Origin: Mayamaea pseudoterrestris
Lineage: Eukaryota
Assembly: GCA_027923505.1 (NCBI GenBank)
Contig: BROI01000011.1
Location: forward strand, 496,001 to 560,000
DNA length: 64,000 bases
Direction: 5' to 3'
A program made the translations under genes and the position numbers. The notes under the pieces were generated by a model. That model was not told the origin of the DNA, ran no database searches, and saw nothing but the letters and a program-made list of their open reading frames with translations. Shown piece by piece: positions 11,295 to 21,452 of the stretch (the stretch's first letter is position 1; the number at the start of each line of letters is the position of its first letter).

Positions 11295-12437
11295 CTATCC
11301 CTTGCGAGCCCACCAACCGCCAGAGTCCCAGCCCTTCTTCTGATGATAGTCCGACAGATGCGTGTAGGCTTGCTCCGCTTCCGTCGCCGAGTACGAGCCC
11401 GCCGCCTGCGCCGAAGTGGCAAAGGCAGCCAAGTCGTCATCGTCTTCAGTGCCATCATTGGCCTTCTTGTCGTCATCGCCCAGCGAGTTGACTCGCTGAC
11501 GCTTCATCACGCCGGCGTTACCGTCTTCGTCTCCAGTATCCTTTGCGTTCGCCTTGACGTTAACGCAATCTTGCTGCAATGCCTGCGCCTTGGCCAGACG
11601 CTTGGCGTAGGTACTCGCGGACATTTTGCTCACAGCATCAATCCGTCCATCGCCAACGACCAGCAAGCTGCGAATACTAACAATGACACTCTCAATGTCA
11701 TTGACAGGGTTCCATCCATCCTTGGTCAATAGTTCCATGCACAAGGCTCCATTCATGACAAAACCAGTTTGCTTTTTGAATCGAGGACACGAGACGCGCA
11801 CAAAGGGCGGCTCGAACGGATAATGCTCCGGAAAGCTCATGTTCAACTCAATCGCGTCAATTCCCAATACAAGCATGTCCTTGGCCAAATTCGAGTCTTG
11901 ATCAAACTGAAACAGCTTAATCGTCCACTGCTCCATCGAGTCTTCATTGGTTGGTTCGAGTGAAAACCCCGCCGCCTGCGTATCTTGGTTCATAATGCGG
12001 TACAAGTCCTGCGCCAAGCGACGCTTGCTTCCATTCTTCTCCTTTTCGGCGCGCAGACTCATGTCCACGGCCTGGCGGGTTGGTTCGCGCCATTTTGTTG
12101 CGGCCGCCGGCTCATCCTCAATGGTGGCTGGAGTGGTAGTAGTACTAGTCGCCGATGTCTTGGCCGCCGCCGCTTCGTTACTGCTCGCCGTATTTTGCAA
12201 AAAGGAGGAAACGTATCCTTCATCGTCGTCTTCGTAGGAATAGTCCGAGTCTTCGCCGATGACTTCATCCTCCTCCACATTGGCCGGAACGGAAGCCGCC
12301 TGCTGTAAGTAGTCATCGTCGTCGTCAATGTTTTCAATCGTCGCCGCCGCGACTAAAACGTTATCGTTTAAATGGGAGGGCAACTCAAAGTTTTCATCTT
12401 GATTCGCCGCGGAAACAGTGCGGACGGAAGGCTCCAT
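11295..12437 (-). CDS. UBE2Q: Ubiquitin-conjugating enzyme E2, UBE2Q-like
   Basis: FPEHYPFEPPFVRV, GFVMNGALCMELLTKDGW (catalytic Cys), YSATEAEQAY, C-terminal HQKKGW; acidic N-terminus. ATG at 12437. Confidence 0.85.
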   Translation of the reverse strand: MEPSVRTVSAANQDENFELPSHLNDNVLVAAATIENIDDDDDYLQQAASVPANVEEDEVIGEDSDYSYEDDDEGYVSSFLQNTASSNEAAAAKTSATSTTTTPATIEDEPAAATKWREPTRQAVDMSLRAEKEKNGSKRRLAQDLYRIMNQDTQAAGFSLEPTNEDSMEQWTIKLFQFDQDSNLAKDMLVLGIDAIELNMSFPEHYPFEPPFVRVSCPRFKKQTGFVMNGALCMELLTKDGWNPVNDIESVIVSIRSLLVVGDGRIDAVSKMSASTYAKRLAKAQALQQDCVNVKANAKDTGDEDGNAGVMKRQRVNSLGDDDKKANDGTEDDDDLAAFATSAQAAGSYSATEAEQAYTHLSDYHQKKGWDSGGWWARKG

Positions 12438-13016
12438 GTTAGAAGTGACTCGCGGAGAAACTTGCTGGTTGGTGGGTTCGCTAGCGTGGGGTTGCGAAGC
12501 AAGGAATGGACAGCAGAAGCGAAATATCTTTGCTGCTGCTTTGTGAATAAGCAATACTAGGTACTAGACGAAGCGCTTGATGCTTCTGCTATTGAATGTA
12601 TTGGTATACCGGTATGCTTCAGCTTTAACAGCTTCTCCAGCAAGGCCCAAAGCGTATCGAGCGGAAGCAACCGAGTCTTCGGTTTTGGAGTGTTGCGGAA
12701 GCCCGTTGATGCACGCAGCGCCAACGAAACGACTTGCCGCGGAAAGTGACGTCATGACGGGCAATGACTGCGTTCAACGGTGCGACATTATTTTCATGAT
12801 TGCTTATCATTTCATTTCGAAATGCTGCGATCCTTATTCGCACGGAACATCCACAATACTATCCCTCTTGGTCCCGTCTCCTGGTGAGCAAAGGGAAAAC
12901 ATCACACGTTTGAAGACTATAGCATCCGACTGCAGATAAATTTTTAGACTATTGATCGTTTTCTCGTCGTTCCTCGAGATCAAGCCTGCCTTCATCGCCA
13001 GCAGCCAGCAGCTAGC

Positions 13017-13580
13017 ATGAAACTGCTTGGACCGGAGCAAAAGGTGCCGTTGGACAAGCACTATCACGTTTCGACGCGCCACAATAGTCAATACAAGTGG
13101 CAGCAGCATGCGCATCGTAACGTTGTCATTGTGGGCGCGCTGGAAGTGCCGTCGGAACCATATTTGAATATTCACGCGAGTCAATACTTCGAACGGCGCG
13201 TTGAAACGGAGAAGTCGAATGATGATCAGCAGCATACTGATAATGACCAAGTATTCGATCACGCATTAGAGAATTGGAAGAGACTCAAGCTCCACCAAGA
13301 CTTTGTGAGTGCCGCCCAATCCGTTCCTGTCGAAACCTCCTGCTGCGGATTGGTGGCCGACGATGACGCTACACTACGCACGCTGGTGCCGCATTTGAAC
13401 GAAACTTGGATCGTCACGGTGAATGAGCGACTCTCACGAGAGAATGCTGGCTTTCAGTTGGACGTTTTTCTATGGAACTGGTCCAACGTCATGGGCAAGA
13501 GTCAAACGAATATTTTGCTCATTCGATTCATGCGGTTTGCCAAGGAGAACGGTACTGGAGCTGTAGAAGCAAACGAGTAG
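13017..13580 (+). CDS. Hypothetical protein (187 aa)
   Basis: ATG-initiated ORF with a natural globular composition, lying between two clear genes; no family recognised. Confidence 0.6.
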   Translation: MKLLGPEQKVPLDKHYHVSTRHNSQYKWQQHAHRNVVIVGALEVPSEPYLNIHASQYFERRVETEKSNDDQQHTDNDQVFDHALENWKRLKLHQDFVSAAQSVPVETSCCGLVADDDATLRTLVPHLNETWIVTVNERLSRENAGFQLDVFLWNWSNVMGKSQTNILLIRFMRFAKENGTGAVEANE

Positions 13581-13786
13581 ATGATAATTGTTATCGCGTA
13601 CTGGAACAGCGACTGCAATGATGGTTAGCTTGGCGAAGGAAAAGGCGACGAATAAAATGTCGCAGTCGGTCCCGCTCAGACACATAAGTCGACTGACGTT
13701 TTTTCGTCGCGCGAGATCCATCGATTTGTTCGATTGAAGTGTTCTTCCGCAGTGCACGACAAGTCCATCACTGTCTTCAAAGCACC

Positions 13787-14990
13787 ATGGCGCAACGACA
13801 AGGACTGATTGCTGCGTCTCTAGTAGCATGCTGTCTACTGGTATCGAGTGTTTCTGGATTCGCGCCGCCGCAGCATCTTTCACAAGTGTCTCGACGACGG
13901 ACAAGCATTGAGAATGCAGGAGCGCGGCGGATTCACAGTCCGCATGTTCCGACGAAACATCATCTGCCACAAAATGAATTTAAATCATTATTATCAAACC
14001 AACCAGCAAGCAAAACAAGTCTGTCAATGGTGGCGCAGCCTGGCGTTGCTCTAGCAGCCATTACCGGAGCACTGACGGCCGGTTTTGTTTCGGGGGGCCT
14101 TCACGCGATTGCAGGTACGTGAAGACGAGAAGATTGCGTTGTACGAACGGCACTTGCGAATGTATATTTGAATTATATATGCCTGGGACGTACAGTAACA
14201 TGCGTCAAGCATCGACTTACATAACCCTTCTGTTTGACTGTTGAGGATTGATGATTGATGTCTTTAATCGTCGTAATAAATGTCACATTTATCTTTGTGA
14301 CTCATATTGCATCTCCTCTTCACTTTTAATAACACAGGCCCCGACCACTTGGCGGCGTTACTTCCTCGATGTTGCGGACAGCGATGGTACAAGGCTGGTC
14401 GCGTGGGTGCCCTGTGGGGCATGGGCCACGGCGTTTCGGCGACACTGATTGGCATTTTGGCCTTTGCCTTCAAATCAACCATGCATACTCGCATGAATGG
14501 CAATTCCGCTTCCAAACTATTGACGAGTTTAGGACAATTCACCGAAGTTGCTGTTGGAATTAGTCTACTGTTGATTGGCGCCATGGGTTTGCGCGAGGCC
14601 CGCGAGTGGAAGGAGGAGATCGCCACGCCGCAGCCGCAGTCGCTCAGTGCCGCCGCGTCGGATCATGGAGGTTTGAAGACGGCGCAGAAGCGTGCCGTGA
14701 TATTCAATGGAATATTGCATGGGTTTAGTTGGGATGGTGCGCCGAGTTTGGCGCCGGCGATTGCTGTCGCAACGTGGAGTGGAAATTTGGCGTTTCTGTC
14801 GGCGTATGCACTTGGCACAATGAGTACCATGGCGCTGGCGACTACGTTGATTGGTGAAGGCACGCGACGGGCGGGTGAAGTCTTTCAACGACCGGATATT
14901 CCGCAAAAACTCAGTTTCTTTTCGAGTATTTTGGCCATGGCAATTGGTGGACTGTGGTGTGTATTGGCCATTACAAAGCATGGAGCATAG
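13787..14990 (+). CDS. Plastid-targeted NiCoT/UreH-like (DsbD_2-type) membrane protein; 2 exons (intron 14115-14337)
   Basis: Spliced signature GLHAIAGPDHLAAL, plus WGMGHG and GILHGFSWDG; several TM helices; signal peptide ending VSG-FAP. Confidence 0.85.
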
Positions 14991-15321
14991 TATTGGTGTA
15001 TGCAGGCAGTGCAAAACGAAGCCTTTTGCATAAGATTTGGGCAAGGGCAGGAAACTCAGTAGAGCGCACCGGTCCGAGCACTAAAGTCGCAACTGGACCT
15101 GCTGATTGTAATTCATAGTTTAATCTTGATTTATTATCGACAACCGCGAGCTGCAGAATATAACAGAATGGTAGTGTAGTTAAATGTTACATAATTGTTT
15201 ATGTACATTGACAGTTCTATGTTCTCTAAAGTTCGCGCCGCTCAGCTGTACAAGTTCATGGCGCCGAGCCAACACTATTTCCCCTTGTGGCAAAGTGATG
15301 AAGAATGAACTACATCTGCGT

Positions 15322-17517
15322 TCAATCGATTTTGATCGCAGACGCCGCTTCCTGGGCGTCTTCTTCTATAGCTAGCTGATGTAACCAGTCCAGCGTCGCT
15401 TGCATGATTTCACTCCAGGTATCGTAGCATTTATATGTAACGCCAAACTCTTTGCAGGTTTCCTTGACAACCGGCGCAATGAGATGCAAATGACAGTGGT
15501 TCAGACCGGGGAACAAATGATGTTCAATCTGGTAGTTGAGCCCGTTGGATAAAAAGTGCCATAGAGTCGACTGACTCGCAAAGTTGTTGGAGGTTTCAAT
15601 TTGCTGAGCTGCCCATGACTCGGCCAACAGCTTTTGACGCTTTGGGTCGCTCGAAAAATCTTGCTTCTCACTCAGATCAAGCGAAGCTTCATTCAAGTGG
15701 TTTATTTGCGAGAATATGGCAAAGATGAGACCCGATGTGGAAACGTGCACTGTCACAGCCGCCCACGCCGAGAGCCATGTTGCGTGGACAAAGTACGGCA
15801 ACACCATGATGATTCCCACGTAGGCAATCACATGAGCAACAAAGCCAAAGTATCGCAGAGGCCTCGACTTGTCCGTCCACTGCACCATGCCATATAAGGA
15901 CGCGCCGTCTTGAAGCATACCCCATGGAATGTAAAAGCAAGTGCCAAAGACCACAAACATGTACGCAAACATGACATACAACCAATGTTGTTGCCACGAA
16001 TGAATGTTCTTCCTCTGAAACCTGCGATGTACCCGCAGCAACGTTTCAAAATGATGCATGTCCGGATCTTTGTAAAAGTCGTTTGTGTGACTATGGTGCG
16101 CATAGGTATGCTGATGCTGCCACAGCATGGGGTTGCACAGCAAGGACATGGCCCAGACGCCAGCATCGTTGATCCACGGAACGTGCGAAACGCAGTAGTG
16201 ACCAGCGTCGTGGCCGAGTGCACCCAAGAGCCAACCAAAGACGGCGAACAGAAAGCTGCCCCATATGCTTCCCTGCGTATTGTACGATGCATGGACGAAA
16301 CAAGCGTGAGTGAGTGCCCATTTAGAGAGCATTTTCATAGTGATCCACCATTCAACAACAACAAGACGTACCTTGCAATGAGCATATCCACAAACAATGA
16401 CACACAATGCAACGACTCCATAGTAGAGCGTTCGTTGCGTGGTCGCCACGCGGTCGCGCATGGGGTCAATGTGATGGCAACGTAGCTTTGCCTGCACTTT
16501 TTGCGCAAGGGTTGCGTAAAACTCGTCGCGCGGCGGGACAGTATCATTCTCACTCGCCAATGTTGAATTCTTGTCAACGCGATACTTGTTCAACACTTGC
16601 ACATGCGACTTGGAAAAGGGATGGTAGGATTCAAAGAGGGCCGTGCAGTCGCGCGACTGGCCCAAAAGAATGGCTTCTTTTCCGCCCGGATGTTTGTCGA
16701 CGTAGTCGTCGAGTCGATAGGCCACGCCGTGAATGATCCAAGTGTTATTGTTGTTACTGTCGCTGACAGGTTTGCCGTTGGTGTCTTTGGTTGCAAGAAG
16801 TTTGTCCGCAAGAATTGACGGTGACGGCGCGCTCACGTTGCAGGAGGTTGCCGAGTCTATTGATTCGTCGTCGAAACACTTGATTGTTGGTGAAGCGTTC
16901 GCCTCGAGATGCAGCCACAGCGACTGCCAATGCTGCACCAGATCGTAGACCAGATACGCTGCGACCACTAGCCAAGCGTTGTCTTGGTAGTCGGCGGTGA
17001 CAGTTGTTGTTGACGATGATGTACTTGTGGCTCGCTCCGTCGTTAAATTTGCCAAGAGTATGACGGAGCAGGTCAACGTCACGGCATCCTGGACAGTGCG
17101 CCGCAGCGGCTTGTGCAGCTTTTTCAGCGCCACGAACCAATGGTCAAAGGCAAGGTATCCGGCCAAGATCGAGTAGCAATGTGATGGAGATGAAGACGTT
17201 TGAACGAACAAGGAGATCGATAGGGCAATGACGGCAATGCCGTGCTGCACAGTCACTGCGTTTCGATGAGACGCATGAAAGGTGGAACTTGTATTCCTTT
17301 GCTTATTCAGTCTCCGCAGCAGCAGCAAAAGTATTCCAGCCACCAACCAAGACACGGCAAAGGAGTAAAAGACGTGAATGTAGTGCGGCTTGCGCGACAC
17401 CAAGGAGGTGCACAGGAACAGCCACATGACCGATAGAACGTGGTCCAACAGTCGTGGTGAAAGTGATGATGATGAATTTGGCATGAGCGAGTCAATGGTT
17501 TTTGTTGTCGTCGCCAT
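15322..17517 (-). CDS. Cytochrome-b5-fused front-end-type fatty acid desaturase with a long N-terminal membrane extension; 2 exons (in-frame intron 16273-16371)
   Basis: HPGG heme motif; His boxes HDAGH, HTYAHH and QIEHH. A 99-bp GTACGT...CAG intron removes an out-of-place segment. Confidence 0.9.
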   Translation of the reverse strand: MATTTKTIDSLMPNSSSSLSPRLLDHVLSVMWLFLCTSLVSRKPHYIHVFYSFAVSWLVAGILLLLLRRLNKQRNTSSTFHASHRNAVTVQHGIAVIALSISLFVQTSSSPSHCYSILAGYLAFDHWFVALKKLHKPLRRTVQDAVTLTCSVILLANLTTERATSTSSSTTTVTADYQDNAWLVVAAYLVYDLVQHWQSLWLHLEANASPTIKCFDDESIDSATSCNVSAPSPSILADKLLATKDTNGKPVSDSNNNNTWIIHGVAYRLDDYVDKHPGGKEAILLGQSRDCTALFESYHPFSKSHVQVLNKYRVDKNSTLASENDTVPPRDEFYATLAQKVQAKLRCHHIDPMRDRVATTQRTLYYGVVALCVIVCGYAHCKVRLVVVEWWITMKMLSKWALTHACFVHASYNTQGSIWGSFLFAVFGWLLGALGHDAGHYCVSHVPWINDAGVWAMSLLCNPMLWQHQHTYAHHSHTNDFYKDPDMHHFETLLRVHRRFQRKNIHSWQQHWLYVMFAYMFVVFGTCFYIPWGMLQDGASLYGMVQWTDKSRPLRYFGFVAHVIAYVGIIMVLPYFVHATWLSAWAAVTVHVSTSGLIFAIFSQINHLNEASLDLSEKQDFSSDPKRQKLLAESWAAQQIETSNNFASQSTLWHFLSNGLNYQIEHHLFPGLNHCHLHLIAPVVKETCKEFGVTYKCYDTWSEIMQATLDWLHQLAIEEDAQEAASAIKID

Positions 17518-18141
17518 GCTGATGATTTTGATTTTGCAGATGATGTTGATGAATGATCGGCAGATGGAAAGTGCCGATGAAATGATGGATCGGAATGCGT
17601 ACAGAAAATGCTGGTAGATTGAGCCTTCAAGGGTAACAGACTGTTTGATCAAGCTTTCTATTCAATCTTCTTAGTCAAAATAAATCGATACTGTTCATGC
17701 TCGTTGGATGTTCCTACAGATTCTTGACATGAAGCCTCCGGTTTCGTCCTGACTGACTCGACTGCTCGAGCAACAATTGCATTGTTGCGCCAGAAATGAT
17801 CGTGTTCTGGCATTAACAACGTGCGTGTTTCATGAATACGAAAATGTCACATAAGCCTCTCGTTTGAATCAACCAATCAGAAGTGACTGGGAGTGACGTA
17901 CTTGGCGCGCCACTCGTGCCTGCCGACGAGCATCCTGTTCCAGCGCGACGCAACCCTTCCCCGACGACGCAGTTTTGAAACGACGTGTTCCTCCTTGATC
18001 CTGCATCACAATAGAGCCAGTAACAAAAGGTATAGCAATCAAAACACTACTCCTAGAACCAAACAAAGGATCTTGAAGCTTTGAGCGAGAGAAAGCAGGA
18101 CGCTCATTTACATTAACAACCAGGCATTGAGATTTGCCATC
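17518..18141. promoter_or_regulatory. Putative bidirectional promoter between the desaturase and the oxidoreductase-CFA gene
   Basis: About 620 bp between divergent ATGs; CCAAT at 17873-17877 and TGACGT at 17894-17899. Function is inferred. Confidence 0.4.
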
Positions 18142-21100
18142 ATGACGACGACGCCTCCAACGAGCAACGCGCCTCAAGCCAGCAACGAGCCTTCAAAGCA
18201 TCCATCTTCCTCTGAGAAGAAACAAATTGTCGCCGTCATTGGCGGCGGCGTGGCCGGTCTCTCCGCCGCCTGGCACTTGCACGTGAACTGCAACGACTAC
18301 CAAGTCTATCTATATGAAGCGTGCGACCGGCTTGGAGGACACGCCTGGACGGTGCCCGTCGTGGACGAAAACAACAAAGCAGTCGACGTGGACATTGGCT
18401 TCATGGTCTTTAATCAAGCCAAATATCCCAACATGGTCGAGTGGTTCCAGGCGCTGAATGTAACAGCCGAAGATTCCGACATGTCGCTCTCCGTCAGCTT
18501 GGATCAAGGCGAATCGGTGGAGTGGTCGTCAAACGGATTGTTTGGGCTACTGGCGAAACCGACGCAACTGCTGCAGCCGTCCTTTTACATGTTCTTGCTG
18601 GACATGGTGCGGTTCAATGCGCAGGCGCCGCAGCTGCTGCTCTTGCCAAACGACGATCCCCGCAAGCATGCCACCACGGCGCAGTACTTGCGCACGCACC
18701 ACTACAGCCAGGCGTTTACGCAGTACTATTTACTGCCAATGATGGCGGCCCTGTGGAGCGCGTCTCTGTCAGACGTCTTGCAGTTTCCGGCCGCGCAGCT
18801 GATTGGTTTCCTGTGCAACCACCGCATGCTGCAACTGTTTGACAGGCCGCTGTGGAAGACTGTGCAGGGGCGGTCGCAAATGTATACAAACAAGTTGCAA
18901 CATGAAATATTTGATCCAGCGCAAGTGTTTGTGTCGGCAAGTGTGCAAGCCGTGGAAAAATTGGAGAGTGGGCAGTATCGCATTGTAACGAATAAATCTG
19001 GTGCCAATGGTGACGGTTTAGTGGTTGATCATGTGATTTTCGCCTGCCATCCGCCCACGGCGCATGCCATTTTGAAGCGAGGCAATGCCAAAAGCAACAA
19101 CTTTGATTCTGTAGCTAACTTAGAGCTGCTCGACTGTTTGAGCAAGATTGACTACGCCGACAATGTGATTTACGTTCACTCGGACCCAAAGCTAATGCCA
19201 AAGCGCAGGCAGGCGTGGGCCTCGTGGAACTGTCTTGGCAAGAGTGAGCATTTGAACATGACCATGGAGAGTCAAAGCAATGCCAGCAAGGGCTCCTTTG
19301 AAGGCGCGGAAAGCGGTTTCGGAAATACACTCGAGCAAGCGAATGGAAACGACAATAACTCGACAGTATCGCTGGAAGGTGCCGATGGCCGCATGAAGGC
19401 CGTATTCGTGACGTATTGGCTCAATCGTTTGCAAAATTTGGAGACTGACAAGAACATTTTCGTATCGCTCAATCCCCACGAGCCACCGGCGCCAGAGTTG
19501 ACGCACAAGCGCGTCATTATGGCCCATCCACAATTCGATCCAGCAACATTGGCTGCGAGAAATAAGATTGAACAAATGCAAGGCCAACACAACATTTGGT
19601 TCTGCGGCGCTTGGTCTGGATATGGCTTTCATGAGGATGGATGTCGATCGGGTTTCCAAGTGGCGACTGCTCTCAGCGAAACGGCTCTTCCGTGGGCGAA
19701 ACAAGCAGATCAGCCGGTCTTGGCGCCGCCCGACCTGTCGCTGGCGTCGGCGCAGCAAGGGGGATTGCTGAAAGTACTCATGGCAGCACATCAGCGTCTG
19801 ACATATGATTGGCCAGTGTCAATTTGCAGGCGGTTCGTCTATCATTTCTTAAAGAGCGCAGTGCAGCAAGGGACTTTCCGGTTGCGACTCAATGACGGGA
19901 CAATCAAAAGCTTTGGCGATGGAACTCCCTGCGGATGTGACGATCATCCTGTGACGCTTCGAGTGTTTGTAAGTATCACCTACTTGTCAAAAAATTATCG
20001 CTGCCTCAATATGTGAGCGAAATGCTAACACTGAATGCTCATCCAATGCAACATCCAGGACGAGTGGTTCTTTGTCAAGGTGGCACTTGAGTACGACCTG
20101 GGTCTGGCTCGATCGTACATGGCTGGGCATTTCGTCGTGGAGCCTCTAAAGGATAGCAGCATGTATCACCAAACCATGAAGCCAAGCGGAGCGCGAGATG
20201 AGACAAATCTTACACTTGGAGATCCCATCGGACTAACTCGACTTTTTCTCCTGCTTGTTGGCAACCGTGATCGCGCTGGAGGCATTCATGTTCCACGCAA
20301 ATCAGGTCGCGGTAACACATATTCGAATGCGTTGACAAATGCATCGGGCCTGATTCTCGCAAAGATTGGTTCACTCTTCAATTACGTTCGCTACAAGCTA
20401 ACAATGGACAATTCAGAGCGTGGAGGAAGTTTGCGAAATATCCACGCACATTATGATCTGAGCAACGATCTTTTTACGTCATTCCTTGACAAGGAACATC
20501 TCATGTATTCTTGTGGAATATGGGACGCCATACCAGCACCGACATCGAGATCAGGCTTGATTTTCCGTGGAACATTAGAAGAAGCACAGACTCGCAAGCT
20601 GGATAATTTGTTGGAGCGAGCGCAGGTGAAGCCTGGTCAAACTGTCCTGGACATTGGCTTTGGCTGGGGCGGATTGAGTATTCGAGCAGCAAAGCGATTC
20701 GGCTGCAAGGTAACAGGCATTACATTGTCAGTCGAACAACAGGCTTTAGCCGAGAAGCGAGTGAAAGAAATGGGTCTCGACCATTTGATTACATTTGAGG
20801 TAGTCGATTATCGCACCTTTGCTCGACGATTAGAGAACAAAGGGAAGTTTGACCGTGTGCTCAGCTGCGAGATGATTGAAGCTGTCGGCCATGAGCATCT
20901 CGGCGAATTCTTCTGGGCGGTGGAGCAACTTTTGAGTCGGGACGGTGTGCTTGTCATGCAGGCGATTACTACACCAGAGGAACGATATGAAACTTACCGA
21001 CGATCAACTGACTTCATCAATACCATCATTTTTCCTGGCTCGTGTTGTCCGTCGCTTCACGCTCTGACTGTTGCCATGTATAGAGAATCGACCCTTTGTT

Positions 21101-21399
21101 TGGAGCACATCGATAACATTGGTCTACACTACGCTGAGACGCTGGCTGAGTGGCGACGCAGGTTCAATGCGAATGAAAGCATTGTTCGAAGCCTTGGTTT
21201 TGATGATGTGTTTCTCCGCGCCTGGAACTACTACTTGACGTACTGTGAAGCAGGATTCTTCTCGCAAACCGAGAATTGCCTGCAGCTCGTATTTGCTCGC
21301 CCAGGATGTCGATCGCTCGTTCCGCTCTGCGAGACGAGGTCGGTGAAGCAGGCCCCTTTGCTGACTAAAGGAGAGATTCAGAATTGGATTAACGCTTAG
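18142..21399 (+). CDS. Fusion of FAD-dependent amine-oxidase-like oxidoreductase (COG2907-like) and cyclopropane-fatty-acyl-phospholipid-synthase-family SAM methyltransferase; 2 exons (intron 19969-20058)
   Basis: VIGGGVAGL, RLGGH, DIGFMVFN, AWASWN, GAWSGYGFHEDG; then NIHAHYDLSNDLF, LDIGFGWGG, EMIEAVG, HYAETLAEW, WNYYLTYCEAGF. A GTAAGT...CAG intron joins both ORFs in frame (VF|DEWFF). Confidence 0.92.
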
Positions 21400-21452
21400 T
21401 CTTGGAGACAGAGGAAGTTTGTTTATAAATTTTTCTATTGCAACATACACTT

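Noticed and set aside
7795..12437. BRO1-UBA next to an E2 as a ubiquitin gene cluster
   Set aside because: Convergent housekeeping genes; adjacency is plausible by chance in a compact genome.
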